Origin: a virus | Lineage: Duplodnaviria; Caudoviricetes | IMG/VR virus record: IMGVR_UViG_3300028591_000003 | Coordinates: 64,001-128,000 of that record | Length of the DNA: 64,000 bases | Direction: 5' to 3' (one strand) | Shown: in pieces, positions 43,501 to 55,143 of the stretch | Layout: every line of letters starts with the position of its first letter | Position numbering within the stretch: the stretch's first letter is position 1 | Made by a program: the position numbers and the translations under genes | Notes under the pieces: model-generated | Databases searched by the model: none | Seen by the model: only the letters and a program-made list of their open reading frames with translations | What the model was told of the DNA's origin: nothing

Positions 43501-46500
43501 TTGATCCAGATTCAGCATTTGCTATTGCAGCTAAACCTTTTGTAGATTGGTATAACTGGTTAGTAAGTACTAGAAATAATCATACTAAATTTAGACAAGA
43601 AGCAGCACAACATCTTGATTTGTATAAGATAGCTGCTTATTATATTTTTGCATTAAGATTTGGTCTTGTTGACTCACTTGAACGTAATGCACAAATAAAA
43701 ACATATGATGGAATTCATTTCCATTATGAACCATGGGATATGGATATTGCATTAGGTAATAAGAACGATGGTGGTATTGCTTATGATCCTCCTATCGATC
43801 GTAATACAAAACTTCCTGGAAGTATTTCTACATATGCATATTCTGGAAAAAGTGGAAATAAAGATACTGGAGAAATAGTGACATCTAACTGGTTATTTGA
43901 TGCTCTTGAAGCATGGCCTTATTGGATGAATACAATAGTTCCAAAAGTTGCTGATGCATTATATAATGCAGGACTTACTTATGATAATATAAGTAAAATG
44001 TTCGATGAAGAATATGCTAGTGCTTGGTGTGAAATAATATATAATAAGAGTGGATTCTTTAAATATATTGAATCTGGTAACTTTGATACAAAATGGTTAT
44101 CCTGGTTACAAGGTTCTCGTATGACACATAGACACTGGTGGTTAAGCACTTCTATGGACTATTATGATGCTAAATGGTTCTGTGGTGATTATAAAAATCA
44201 CTATATTTATATTACAGCTAACGTATCAGAAGGTAGTGGAGCAAAAATAAGAATTACTCCTAACAAAGATACTTATATGACTACTGCTATCAACTATATG
44301 CCAGATGAACAAACTGATCCAGATCCAGAAAGTGTAGTTGTACAAGGTACTGTTCCTGTTACACCTAATAATCCACTAGTTTATACAGTTCCTAATTTAA
44401 ATACAAAAGCTCCTTTCTTTGTATATGGTGCTAATTTTATGGAAGATATAAATCTTAGTGAAATAGCTACAGGACTTGATACTATTGATATTAATGGTGT
44501 TTATTCTAATGTATTAGGTTCTCCTTTAAAATCTTTAAATATTGGAGTAAACTTTACATAGACTGACGATACCTATACAGGAACCGTTGCTACTCTTGGT
44601 GGTAGTATTCGTGGTAATGCTAGAACTCTTTAGAATTTATAGACTTTGAATGTTGCAGGATAGAGAAACTTTATAGACACTAGATTTATAAGAGATTATG
44701 ATTTAGTAGAATTGAAAAATTTCTATGCTATGGGATCAGGTATTACTAATTTCTGGAGTTCTGAATCTGGTAATAAATTTAATATTTTACAATTACCTGA
44801 TACAGTTAGTATTTTTGATATAAATAATACTAATTGGAATAATCTTACATTCTGGCATACAGAAATAAATAATAGTGCTGCTACTATTACACCTACAGGA
44901 ATCTCTTCTAATTTACAAACCGTTAGATTAAATGGAACAAGTTGTCAAGACTATAATTCTATTTAGTTTATTAGAGAATGGTTGTAGGCAATAATTACTA
45001 CAGAAGGAGTTGAAGGATTAAAGAATCATACTTTCGAAGCAAATAAAATATACTGGACTTCTGATTCTGTAGGAGGTGATAATAATCTACTTACATATGA
45101 CGAATTAGCTTTAATTGCTCAATTAAATGGAGATCCAGATCCTGTAACAGGTAAGAAAAATCATAATCTTAAAGGATATATTGTTCTTAGAAATGAAAAT
45201 GGAACACATCTTACTACAGAACAACTTACTCAAATCAAAAACTGGTTTGGTGATACAGTCTTTACTAAAAATTCATCTGGACTTGTAATTGATCATATGT
45301 TAGAATATGTTCAAATTAATGTTGGTGGTGATATTTAGATGGATAATAATGAACTTTATTTAAACGAAGATAGTAGAGCTTCATTAAATGCTACTAAATT
45401 TGCACTTGCTGAAAGTGATACAGATGATGGAATTTGGACAGTATCTTATGCTTCTGTTACAGATGTACAATAGTCTTCTAATGGTATTACTGATAGAGGA
45501 ATACGTATTATAAATGCAGAAGAAAGTGCTGACGGACACACTTATTTATAGACTGCTGAATCACAACTCGGAGGTAATTATGATATTAAAGTATGGTATA
45601 CAGCAAATGGACAATCTGTTTATGTAATAATTCACATGATTGGAGTTTAGTATCCTAGTAATATAAATTTTGCATTAGATATTAAAGGACAATATAGACC
45701 TAGATTATCTACAGGAAGTGCAACTATTTATCTTAATGGAACACAATTTGATTTGTATTTAGATTTAGACTCTATACAATATACCGCTAAAATAAGAAAT
45801 ATTACTTATAGAATTACTGACGGAACAGATGTGTTTACTTATGATACTTTAACAGATTATGCTTCCGATTAGAATTGGAATAATCTATATTTAGAAGTAA
45901 ATAAATCTACTAGTAAGAAGGGAATATATTTGAATTGTTCTAGTGGTGTTCCTAATGATGATACAATTTATCAATATTAGGTTACAGCTACTATAAGATT
46001 CTTATCTGGAAAATCAATGCAAATAAATTATAATATTATTATAATGAACGACGCTGCTATCATAATAAGTGTTCAAACTGCTATGTATAATGCAGTTAAT
46101 AATAGATGGACATAGAAATATGGTGAAGCAATAGGTCGTAGTACAATATATCGTAGTGATTTAATGTAGTTAGACGGAACACTTACATTCGATTCTTCTA
46201 TATTAAATGTATATACTAATAATGGTAGTACATTATTCAATTATTTACCTAATATAACGGGACTTGTATTTACAGGGTGTACTTCGTTAACTAGTACTTA
46301 TACTGTTCCTGGAGGAGAGACTATAAACTTGTTCACATTTGATAAAATGACTAATCTACAAACATTAGTATTATCAAATTGTTCTAGTTTGACAGAAGAT
46401 ATAGATTTAACTAATTGTCCGAATTTAATATCAGTTATTGCCGACGGAACTACTATAAATATAGTATTACCTGAAGGTACTGGTATTACACAATATGTAT

Positions 46501-46664
46501 TAGGTACTCCTACAGAGATAAGTCTTATCAATCCTACTGCAATTACTACAGATGATAATCATTTGCATGTAGATGATTCTAGTAATATAGATTCACTTGA
46601 ATTGGTAAATATACCTAATGTTAAGTCATTTACAGCATTTAGTAGAATAATGGGAATATCATGA
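40509..46664 (+). CDS. giant tail-region protein (~2051 aa): beta-rich/LamG-like, CotH-kinase-like and LRR-like segments
   Basis: All plus-strand fragments in one frame; LVDSLERN and YEPWDMDIALG kinase-like motifs; LQTLVLSNCSSL..DLTNCPNL repeats. Confidence 0.75.
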
Positions 46665-48514
46665 CAAATTTAAAAATAAAATAGACAAATAGTAGTATAG
46701 AAATAGTTACTACTCCAGTGATTGCTAAATTATACGAATTGGCCAAAAACGGAGAAAACGTAGAATTATCTGGATATTTAAAAGTAAATAAGGCTTATGG
46801 AGATTAGGTTGATTATTTAAATGACAATTTTGGTCCAGATTTAGTTATTGATGCGACTGTTAGATATATATCATTTGAAGATCCTGTCGTTTAGTAGATA
46901 TGTGTTACTAATTGGGGAGATGGAGTTGGAATAACTGAAGATCAAGCAGCAACTGCAGAACTTAGTAATAAATTTAAAAATAATACTAATATAACTACTT
47001 TTAAAGAATTTAAGTATTTTACAAAAGCAAATACTAATCCACCTCGCGATTTATTTTCAGGATGTAGTAATTTAACTGATATAGATTTATCTAGAGCCGT
47101 TATAATAAATAATAATTTTAATGGAGACTAGAATCTCAGCATTGCTGCAATTTTACCAAATGTTACATAGTTAGGAGAATATTGTTTTTATCGTACTAGT
47201 ATTTATGGAGAATTAAACCTTCCTAAATTAATAACGTGTAATGGACTTTCGTAGTTTAGAGAATGTAGTAGTATTACAAAAGTTAAAAATTTAGGAAAAA
47301 TAAATAAAATATCTGGGAGTATGTTTTATCAATGTACAAATTTGTAGGAAGTATGTTTACCTTATGAATGTACTGAAATTGGAAGGTATACTTTTTATAA
47401 TTGTACATCGTTAACTACAATAAAACAATATAACTCATCAGTGGATGATTGGGCAAGTGAAGAAAGTAATTCTTATTTTCCTAATTTAAGTAAAATTACT
47501 GTTGTGAATGCTGGATCTTTTGAAAATGTTCCTATAACTCTAACATTAGACGATATTATAAATATTATAACATTTTATGGAAGTAGGGATGGAGGATTTT
47601 GTGGAAAAAAACAAAATAATTAGATATTATAGGTAGAAAATCTAAATCTTCCTAATTGTAGAACTATAGGTGACTGTACATTTCGTGGAATAACTTCTAT
47701 AAAAACAGTAAATCTTCCAAATGTTACTGAATTTGATGGAAACGGTACGTTTGCATATTGTACTAATCTAGAAGAAGCTACATTAAATGATAGAATTACT
47801 ACTATTGGAGGAGATTTTACATTTGGTGGTCTTGGTGCATTTGAGAGTTGTACAAAACTTGAAAGAGTTGTTCTACCATAGAATTTAACAAATACTACCT
47901 ATCGTATGTTTGCTGGATGTACTAAATTAACAAATATAAACATCCCGACTACATTAACTTCGTTAGGTCAAGCTTCATTTCCACACACACTTACATCTTT
48001 GAAAAAACCTTTGTATTTTCCAAATGTATCTGGAGAGATGCCTCGTTATTTAGGTGGACCTAATTTTGCTATCTATCTTCCTAAAATAACTAGTACAGTA
48101 GTCGCTGACGGAACATGGTTTAGTGGACCTTAGAGCTCATAGTTCTCATATAGATATGAAAGTCATCCTATGTAGTTATTATATTTAAAAGATATTATAA
48201 GTTTTGGAGTATGCACATTTAATAGTGTTAATATAAATACACTTATAATAAATAATACAACTCCACCAACGCTTGTAATAAATAACGCACCAGTAAGTGA
48301 ATGGACCGGAATACCTACTGCAACAACTGATGTATTTGCAAACATTACTGATATTCTTAATATATATGTTCCTGACAGTGCTGTAGATGATTATAAAAAT
48401 AATTCTTTATACTCTTCATAGGCAAGTAAGATAAAACCACTTTCAGAATGTCCTAGAATAACAATAGCACAAGCTGAAGCTGGATAGATAGGTTTAATAG
48501 AAGAATATATGTAA
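46661..48514 (+). CDS. BspA-like leucine-rich repeat protein, ~617 aa
   Basis: FEDPVV..ICVTNWGDG, repeated F..CT.L..V.LP, TTPPTL, IYVPDSAVDDYK. Confidence 0.8.
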
Positions 48515-48605
48515 TTACGGCAAACTTTCTGAATAATACGACAATATAAAGAATTTTGTTGTTCATTATAATTATAACAAATTAATTCAAACATTTAATA
48601 ATATT

Positions 48606-49628
48606 ATGACACATTTAAGAATAGAATAGAATGAAGGCGTAGTAGAATATGTTGATTCTTCTGTTGTAGAAGAACTATATGATAAATCTAAAAATTCTTC
48701 TAATAATTTTATAGGAACAATCAATGTACCTGCTTGTTATAAAGAATAGGCTTTATATTTGACAACTACGTATCCTAATTTTCATATATAGTCACAAGAT
48801 TATTGGGTTTGGTTTTAGGATAAAGAATTCGAAACTTATATTTCTGGCATAGCCGGATCTGGGGGACATATAACTGAAACTCAAGCTAAATAGGTTACAT
48901 CTTGGTACTACACGTTTAGAAATAGCTTTTAGAACAAAGAATTTGAATATGTAGATTTTTCGTCATTTACGAATATGAAAAGTATTTATCTTAATACTAA
49001 TTCTAATGATATAATAAACTATTGTAAATTCAACATTCTTAATTTCGGTAATATAGAATCGGCAGTTAATGGCGATTATATTATGAATTAGAGTTTTAAT
49101 GCCAGAATTGCTAACGAAACATATGCTAAAATTATAATTGGTGAAAATATAAAAGCTATTGCTGATTATGCTACACGTTCGCTCGGTTTCGAAGAAGCAT
49201 ATTTCCCAAATTTAGAATATCTTGGTAATGGTACAGGATCGGCTTATGGTACAGCTAATGGTATTTCATATCACAGAAAATTTATATTTGTAGGAGATAA
49301 ATTAAAAGCTTTAGGAAGTCCTTTTTCAGAGAGTAATTAGGAAGATAATGGTGGAATTTTTGTGTTAACCGCAACTACTCCGCCAAAATGGCAAAGCTGG
49401 AATAATGGTGCAAAAACAACTGAAGGCACTGATAAAACAGCAGTACCATCAGTTTATGTACTCGGTGCTTATACATACTACGTACCCGATTCGGCGATAG
49501 AAAACTATAAAACAGAATTCGTATGGAGTACTATTGCTACAATGTTTAATGGAACAAGATTAAAACCTCTTTCAGAACTTCCAGATTAGTATAAAGAAAA
49601 AATAAGTAAATGGTATACTTTTGAATAA
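48606..49628 (+). CDS. second BspA-like protein, N-terminus similar to 46661
   Basis: MTHLRIEq..VV..LY vs MTNLKIKq..VI..LY; TTPP and YVPDSAIENYK. Confidence 0.75.
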
Positions 49629-49632
49629 TTAT

Positions 49633-49911
49633 ATGAAAAAATTTTATAATTGGATAATAAATATTCCAAAAGATAAATTATTACACTTAGATATAGAAAT
49701 GTTAATTACACTTGTTTCTATAGTAATATTTAAACTTTTTGGATGTGGATTAGAGTCATGTGCTTATGGATGGCTCGTAGGATTTTTATTCGGAATCGGA
49801 AAAGAAATTTATGACGAAATAAAATATAAATCGTCAACTTCTTCTGATTGGTTTGCTGATGTAATCAGTTGTACTTTTATTAGTATTTGTGCTTTATTGT
49901 TATTACTATAA
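49633..49911 (+). CDS. small membrane protein (DKLLH-type)
   Basis: DKLLH..GIGKEIYD..DWFAD with hydrophobic helices. Confidence 0.7.
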   Translation: MKKFYNWIINIPKDKLLHLDIEMLITLVSIVIFKLFGCGLESCAYGWLVGFLFGIGKEIYDEIKYKSSTSSDWFADVISCTFISICALLLLL

Positions 49912-49914
49912 TTA

Positions 49915-49943
49915 AAGAGAGTCAGAAATGGCTCTCTTTTTTT
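49915..49943 (+). terminator. intrinsic terminator
   Basis: AAGAGAGTC-AGAAAT-GGCTCTCTT then T run. Confidence 0.75.
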
Positions 49944-50081
49944 GTTACTAAATGTAACTATCTGATAATCAATAAGTTAAAAAATTTTTAGTAATGTTTT
50001 CTCATTTATAAGGTCATAAATAATTTAATTTTAGTTGCAACTAGATACTTTATTTAAAATTAAAACTAAAATTATTTATTT

Positions 50082-51056
50082 ATGTCTGAAACAAAAGTTT
50101 TTAATGTTCCCGATGGAAACAACAGTATTAATCCTGCCTTAATGTTAGCACTTTCTCAAAACGGAGGTTTTGGTAATGGAATGAATTGGATGTGGCCTAT
50201 GTTTCTTTTCTTTATGTTCCCTTGGATGTTCAACGGAGGATTTGGTGGATTCGGAGGCTTCGGTGGAGCAGGAAATGTTATGGGAACTGGATTCTTATCA
50301 AATCAATTAAACAATGATGCTGGTAGAGATTTACTTTTACAAGCAATCAATGGTAGAGCAGATTCATTAAATCAATTAGCAGGTATTCTTAATACTAGTG
50401 TAAGCCAAGTTTAGAATGGTGTAAATGCTATTCAATCAGCTATTCAGAGTGTAGGTGCTCAAGTTGGTATGTCTGGACAGCAAGTTATTAATTCTATTTA
50501 GAATGGAAATGCAGCTCTTAGTCAACAATTATGTAATTGTTGCTGTGAAAATAGATTAGCTATTGCAAATCAAACTAATGCTATTCAGGCTCAAGCTGCT
50601 GCTAATCATTCTGATGCTATTCTACTTGCTTCTTAGAATCATGCTGCTGATCAATTACAAAATGCACAAATTGAAGCTGCAGATCAATTAGCTGTTTGCC
50701 AGTAGACTAATACTCTTACTAATTAGTCTGATAGAAATACTAATAGTATTCTTAATGCTATTGCTGGTCAGAATACACTCATTACAAAAGAGTTCTGTGA
50801 CCTTAAAGAAAGAGAATTACAAAATAAGATTAATACCCAAGGCGATATTATTACTCAGTTAAGAAATCAAATTAGCAACGATCATCAAACTCTCCAGTTT
50901 AATGCTGCTTTCCATGCTCTTGATGACAAGATCGATGCTATTGCTGCAAAACAGCCAAATACTGTTCCTGTTCAGTGGCCTAATCTTATCGGTGTAAATG
51001 CTACTCCTTATATCGGAGGAGCTTGGGGTTATGGACAAACTAATTTTTGGAATTAA
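50082..51056 (+). CDS. conserved Gly-rich/coiled-coil phage protein with CNCCCENR motif
   Basis: In frame across TAGs; GFGG repeats then helical region. Confidence 0.8.
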
Positions 51057-51077
51057 TTAAAAATAGGAGGAAAGAAT

Positions 51078-51416
51078 ATGTTTGGAGCAACAACTAATTA
51101 TCCATTTAATTTTGCAAATAAAATGGGAATACCTATGATTGAAAGTAGTTCAGTTAATGTTACAGATACTAATGTTGTAATTAATATTCCAAGTAGAGCA
51201 TTTAGATTTCTTAGTGGAACTGGATTGATTCTATTTAGATTAAATACTGAAATTACTAATACCACTCTTCCCATTCTATTCTCTTCAAATGAATTTACTC
51301 AACCTCTTACTTTAGTAGGAGGTACTGCTGCAACAGGTACAGATATTTCTGCAGTTGGTGTTTATATTATTTATTATGATAAAAACGCTAACTTAATGTA
51401 GTTAATAAATATATAA
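51078..51416 (+). CDS. hypothetical protein
   Basis: ORF extended across final TAG to TAA. Confidence 0.7.
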
Positions 51417-51880
51417 TGTTTTCAGCATTAACTTAGGGAAGTTCTGTCTATATATTAGACAAAACTTCCTCTCCTAAATATTCAATAGGAGAAGTTGTTG
51501 GAGTAAGTTAGCCTAAAATTAATTTTAATGGTTAGTCTACTGTAGATTTAAGAGTTAATGTGGATAATACTACATAGGAATTCAGTAACTTATTAAGCAT
51601 TAATAGTATAAATACCTATAATGGAGGAAAAGTTATTATTAGTGAAACTAAATAGGGAATTCAAAACGAAGTAGAATCTATACTTGAAAATAGTAAGAAA
51701 ATTATTGATAATATAGATGTTTATAAGTAGAATATTTCGGATTGTGAAGAAATTCTTAAGTAGTTAAATCCACAATTTGCTAAAGATAAGGAAAGAGACG
51801 ATAGACTATTAAATTTAGAAAATAGATTTGATGGTGTCGAATCTAAATTGGATAAAATTTTTAACTTAATATAGAAATGA
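51416..51880 (+). CDS. hypothetical coiled-coil protein, TAG read-through
   Basis: 154 codons, coupled at both ends. Confidence 0.7.
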
Positions 51881-52089
51881 TAGTATTAGAAGTAACTGAG
51901 GATAAATATGGCAAACTTATGAAAGCTGTTTCTGAAATTGGAAAGCATTCTGAATGCCTTGCTGCTATATTTGAAGATTTAACTGAAGATTCCGAATATG
52001 ACGAAAGAATGGGAAATCGTAAGCATTATGACGATGATGATATGTACGGTTCTCGCTATGGCAGTCGTCGTGGTGGTAGACGTTATTAA
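51877..52089 (+). CDS. hypothetical protein with RYG/RGG tail
   Basis: ORF track. Confidence 0.75.
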   Translation: MIVLEVTEDKYGKLMKAVSEIGKHSECLAAIFEDLTEDSEYDERMGNRKHYDDDDMYGSRYGSRRGGRRY

Positions 52090-52091
52090 TC

Positions 52092-52487
52092 ATGACTAGA
52101 AAACCTCTTGATTATTACGACGATAGACCTACTTCAATGAAAAGATATTTAAAATATTACGGACAACACTTTAATAAAAAACTTTGTGAATTTGCTATTT
52201 CTAAAATGGATCATGGAAAAACTCCTGTTACAAAAGATAAAGTGGATGAAATACTTAGTAAATATAATATTAATTTAGAATATAATGAATTATATGACTA
52301 TGTATATGTCTATAATATGGGAAATAATGATTTTCTAGGAAGTAGTATTCCAGATGAGAAACATTTAGCATTATATGTAAAAGATGTTATTGACGATAAA
52401 GATGGATATGATGGAATTGTATTCAATAGATGGTATGCTGATACAGTAACTTCTGGAACTCCTATTGAATGGGAAGAAATGTTATGA
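52092..52487 (+). CDS. conserved hypothetical phage protein
   Basis: YGQHFNKKLCEFA..DEKHLALYVKD..DGY. Confidence 0.75.
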   Translation: MTRKPLDYYDDRPTSMKRYLKYYGQHFNKKLCEFAISKMDHGKTPVTKDKVDEILSKYNINLEYNELYDYVYVYNMGNNDFLGSSIPDEKHLALYVKDVIDDKDGYDGIVFNRWYADTVTSGTPIEWEEML

Positions 52488-52882
52488 TTAAAGATTCTTT
52501 TTCAATTCATGACTGGGAAGTAACTATATTGTATGAATGTACTTGTGATGATATTGATTATATAATTGAAACTTTAGAAGGAATTTATTGTCCTAAAAAA
52601 TATATAAAAGAAGCAATAGAAAATTTAGAAACTTGTAATTTAAATATAGGCTTAACATATTCAAATTTAAAAATAAAAAGTTCTGTTATAGTAGTTAATA
52701 AAACAAGTTCATTTGCTCAATTAATAAATACAATTTCACATGAATATTTTCATTTAATATATCATATTGCAAAGGCATTTAAGATTAAAGATGAAGAAGA
52801 ATTAGCTTATTTAAATGGAGATTTAAATATGCGTTCTTATAAATTTGTAGAAAAATTAAATAAAAAAGTAGGTTCTTATTAA
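52484..52882 (+). CDS. HExxH motif protein
   Basis: TISHEYFH...EEELAYL. Confidence 0.7.
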   Translation: MIKDSFSIHDWEVTILYECTCDDIDYIIETLEGIYCPKKYIKEAIENLETCNLNIGLTYSNLKIKSSVIVVNKTSSFAQLINTISHEYFHLIYHIAKAFKIKDEEELAYLNGDLNMRSYKFVEKLNKKVGSY

Positions 52883-52899
52883 GAATCTACTTTTTTTTT
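52864..52899 (+). terminator. intrinsic terminator
   Basis: AAAAGTAGGTTCTT-ATT-AAGAATCTACTTTT plus T run. Confidence 0.75.
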
Positions 52900-53009
52900 G
52901 GTCTTATCTTAATATATAATATTTTTGAATAAAAGATCTAAATTTATAATAAATATGGCTAGACCAAAACCGTTATCTCACAAACCTGGAATTAGTAAGG
53001 GTAAACCTT

Positions 53010-53396
53010 ATGGAAAAGGAGGTAGAGTTGGGAAATAGACTTCTAAATAAGATCTTTCTTATTTATACTAAATATATTCCACATATAGTTGCAATTTTAT
53101 ACGCAATTTATACTTTATTAGGATTTTATGGAATAGATTGGAATTTAATGGGATGTGTATTTCATGTATCATTGTTAATTTGGATACAACTTTTATTCAC
53201 ATCATTTAGATTCAAATATTGTTATGTTCATAGACTTCCAATATATTATATTGGATTAAATGAATTAATAACTTGTGTAGATTATTATATCGGAATTCCC
53301 ATATCTGAATTTAATTTATTAGTTATTCATATACTTTTTATTTGTTTAATGATTATAGGGTATTCTTTTTATTACGTTAAATTTAAATTAAAATGA
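53010..53396 (+). CDS. multi-pass membrane protein
   Basis: Four hydrophobic segments. Confidence 0.75.
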   Translation: MEKEVELGNRLLNKIFLIYTKYIPHIVAILYAIYTLLGFYGIDWNLMGCVFHVSLLIWIQLLFTSFRFKYCYVHRLPIYYIGLNELITCVDYYIGIPISEFNLLVIHILFICLMIIGYSFYYVKFKLK

Positions 53397-53785
53397 AATT
53401 TATTCAACGATTAGGAGGACCTTGCTATTCAGTTTCTGATAATATTATTCCTCCCGTTACAGAATATTAGAAAATATTAAATATGCTTGCGGAATCCGGA
53501 TATACAAATGATTATAAATTATTTACAAATGGAACTTATGTTTGGATAGAAGGAACAAACAATGATAATTAGATAAAGGCTATTGTATTAGCTGATGAAA
53601 ATTCTTACCTAACTCCAACAATAGCAGGAGATTCGGAAAATAAAGTAATTTCATCATTAACTTAGGTAGAAGGTACAGTTAATCTTTAGCTCTTTATTGG
53701 AAAGAATGTAAGTTTTTATATACCTAATTATACAGGTTCTTTTATAGATAAAAAAATTAGGGAACAAAACTTATCGGAAGAATAA
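53393..53785 (+). CDS. hypothetical protein, TAG read-through
   Basis: ATGA-coupled, 130 codons. Confidence 0.55.
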
Positions 53786-53789
53786 TATC

Positions 53790-54074
53790 ATGTTGAATAT
53801 ATTAAAAACTTTATTGTTATAGTTATTAAATGACATCGATTCTGAAAATTCAAATATATCAGAAGATGAATAGTAGTAGATTATTGAATTATTTTAGAAA
53901 ATAAATTCTAAAGAGTTATCTAAAATAGAATCTGCTAACTATATTGGAGTTTCTAGAGCTACTTTTGATAATTATATAGCGAAAGGATTAATTCCGAAAG
54001 GAAAGAAACGGCAAGGTTTCAAAGAACTTTCTTGGAATAAAAATGATTTAGACAAATTTCTCAGAATGTCCTGA
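53790..54074 (+). CDS. excisionase/AlpA-like HTH protein, TAG read-through
   Basis: LSKIESANYIGVSRATFDNYIAKGLIPKG; three consecutive TAG upstream. Confidence 0.75.
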
Positions 54075-54097
54075 GAATTTAAAAATATTTAAAAATT

Positions 54098-55123
54098 ATG
54101 AATATAGGTATTAATGATTTAGATGATGATGATTTCGGTATGGGATTTGAACCATCAAGTTAGACTCCTCCTCCAGGTTAGGAACCTCGACATTAGGAGC
54201 ACGACGATGATGATGATTTCTTATCAGATTTTTTGAAAACTAGAGGTATAGATGATCCTTCTAAAATCAAATTTGAAGGAGATGATGGAGGTATAGAAGA
54301 AAGAGATTGGAATTCTTTATCAAAAGAAGAGAAAATTAACATTTTAAATACTCCTCTAGAAACTCATGAAGATAATAAGTCTAATGAATTAACTTAGGAA
54401 GAAATTGATTTTATTAATCAAATTAGACAATCTAATCTAACTCCTAATCAATTCGTAGAAGGAATTAAAAATCAACAAGTTTAGATAGAACCTCAATATA
54501 AAGTAGATGATTTATCAGACGATGAATTATTTTTACTAGACTTAGAATCTAGAGTTGGAGATCTATCTGAAGAAGCAGAAGCTTAGGCATTAGCAAATGC
54601 TAAGCAAAATGAAGATTTATTTAAAAAACAAGTAGAAGGAATTCGTAGAGAATATAAAGAAAGAGAAGATTATGAGACTCAGAGGGAAGAAGCTAGAGTT
54701 GAACAAGAAAAACAAGAAGCTTATAATCAATTCTAGGATACTGTTATTGAGTCTATAAACCAATTTAATAGTATTGGAAATTTAGATTTAAACTTTGATG
54801 ATTCAGATAGAGAAGAACTTGCATAGTTTATGTTATCTAGAGATGAAGCTGGAAATAACTATTTGTGGTAGGCTTTATAGGACCCAGAAACTTTAGTGAA
54901 AGCTGCTTGGTTTATTCTTAATGGGGAAGAGGCCTTAAATGGAATTTCAGATTATTTTGTAAAGTAGATCAAATTGGTTTCAGATAACCAATACAAAAAA
55001 GGTTTTGAAGAAGGAAAAAATGGATAGACTCCTTCCAGACCTTAGGTAGTTATTAGTAAAAATAATAAACAAATAAATCGTCCATCTTATAAAACAATAG
55101 AAGATCTAGATGATGACGATTGA
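54098..55123 (+). CDS. acidic protein upstream of capsid (scaffold-like)
   Basis: 341 codons in frame across TAGs; D/E-rich; position. Confidence 0.7.
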
Positions 55124-55143
55124 TATAATGGATAATAGAATAT

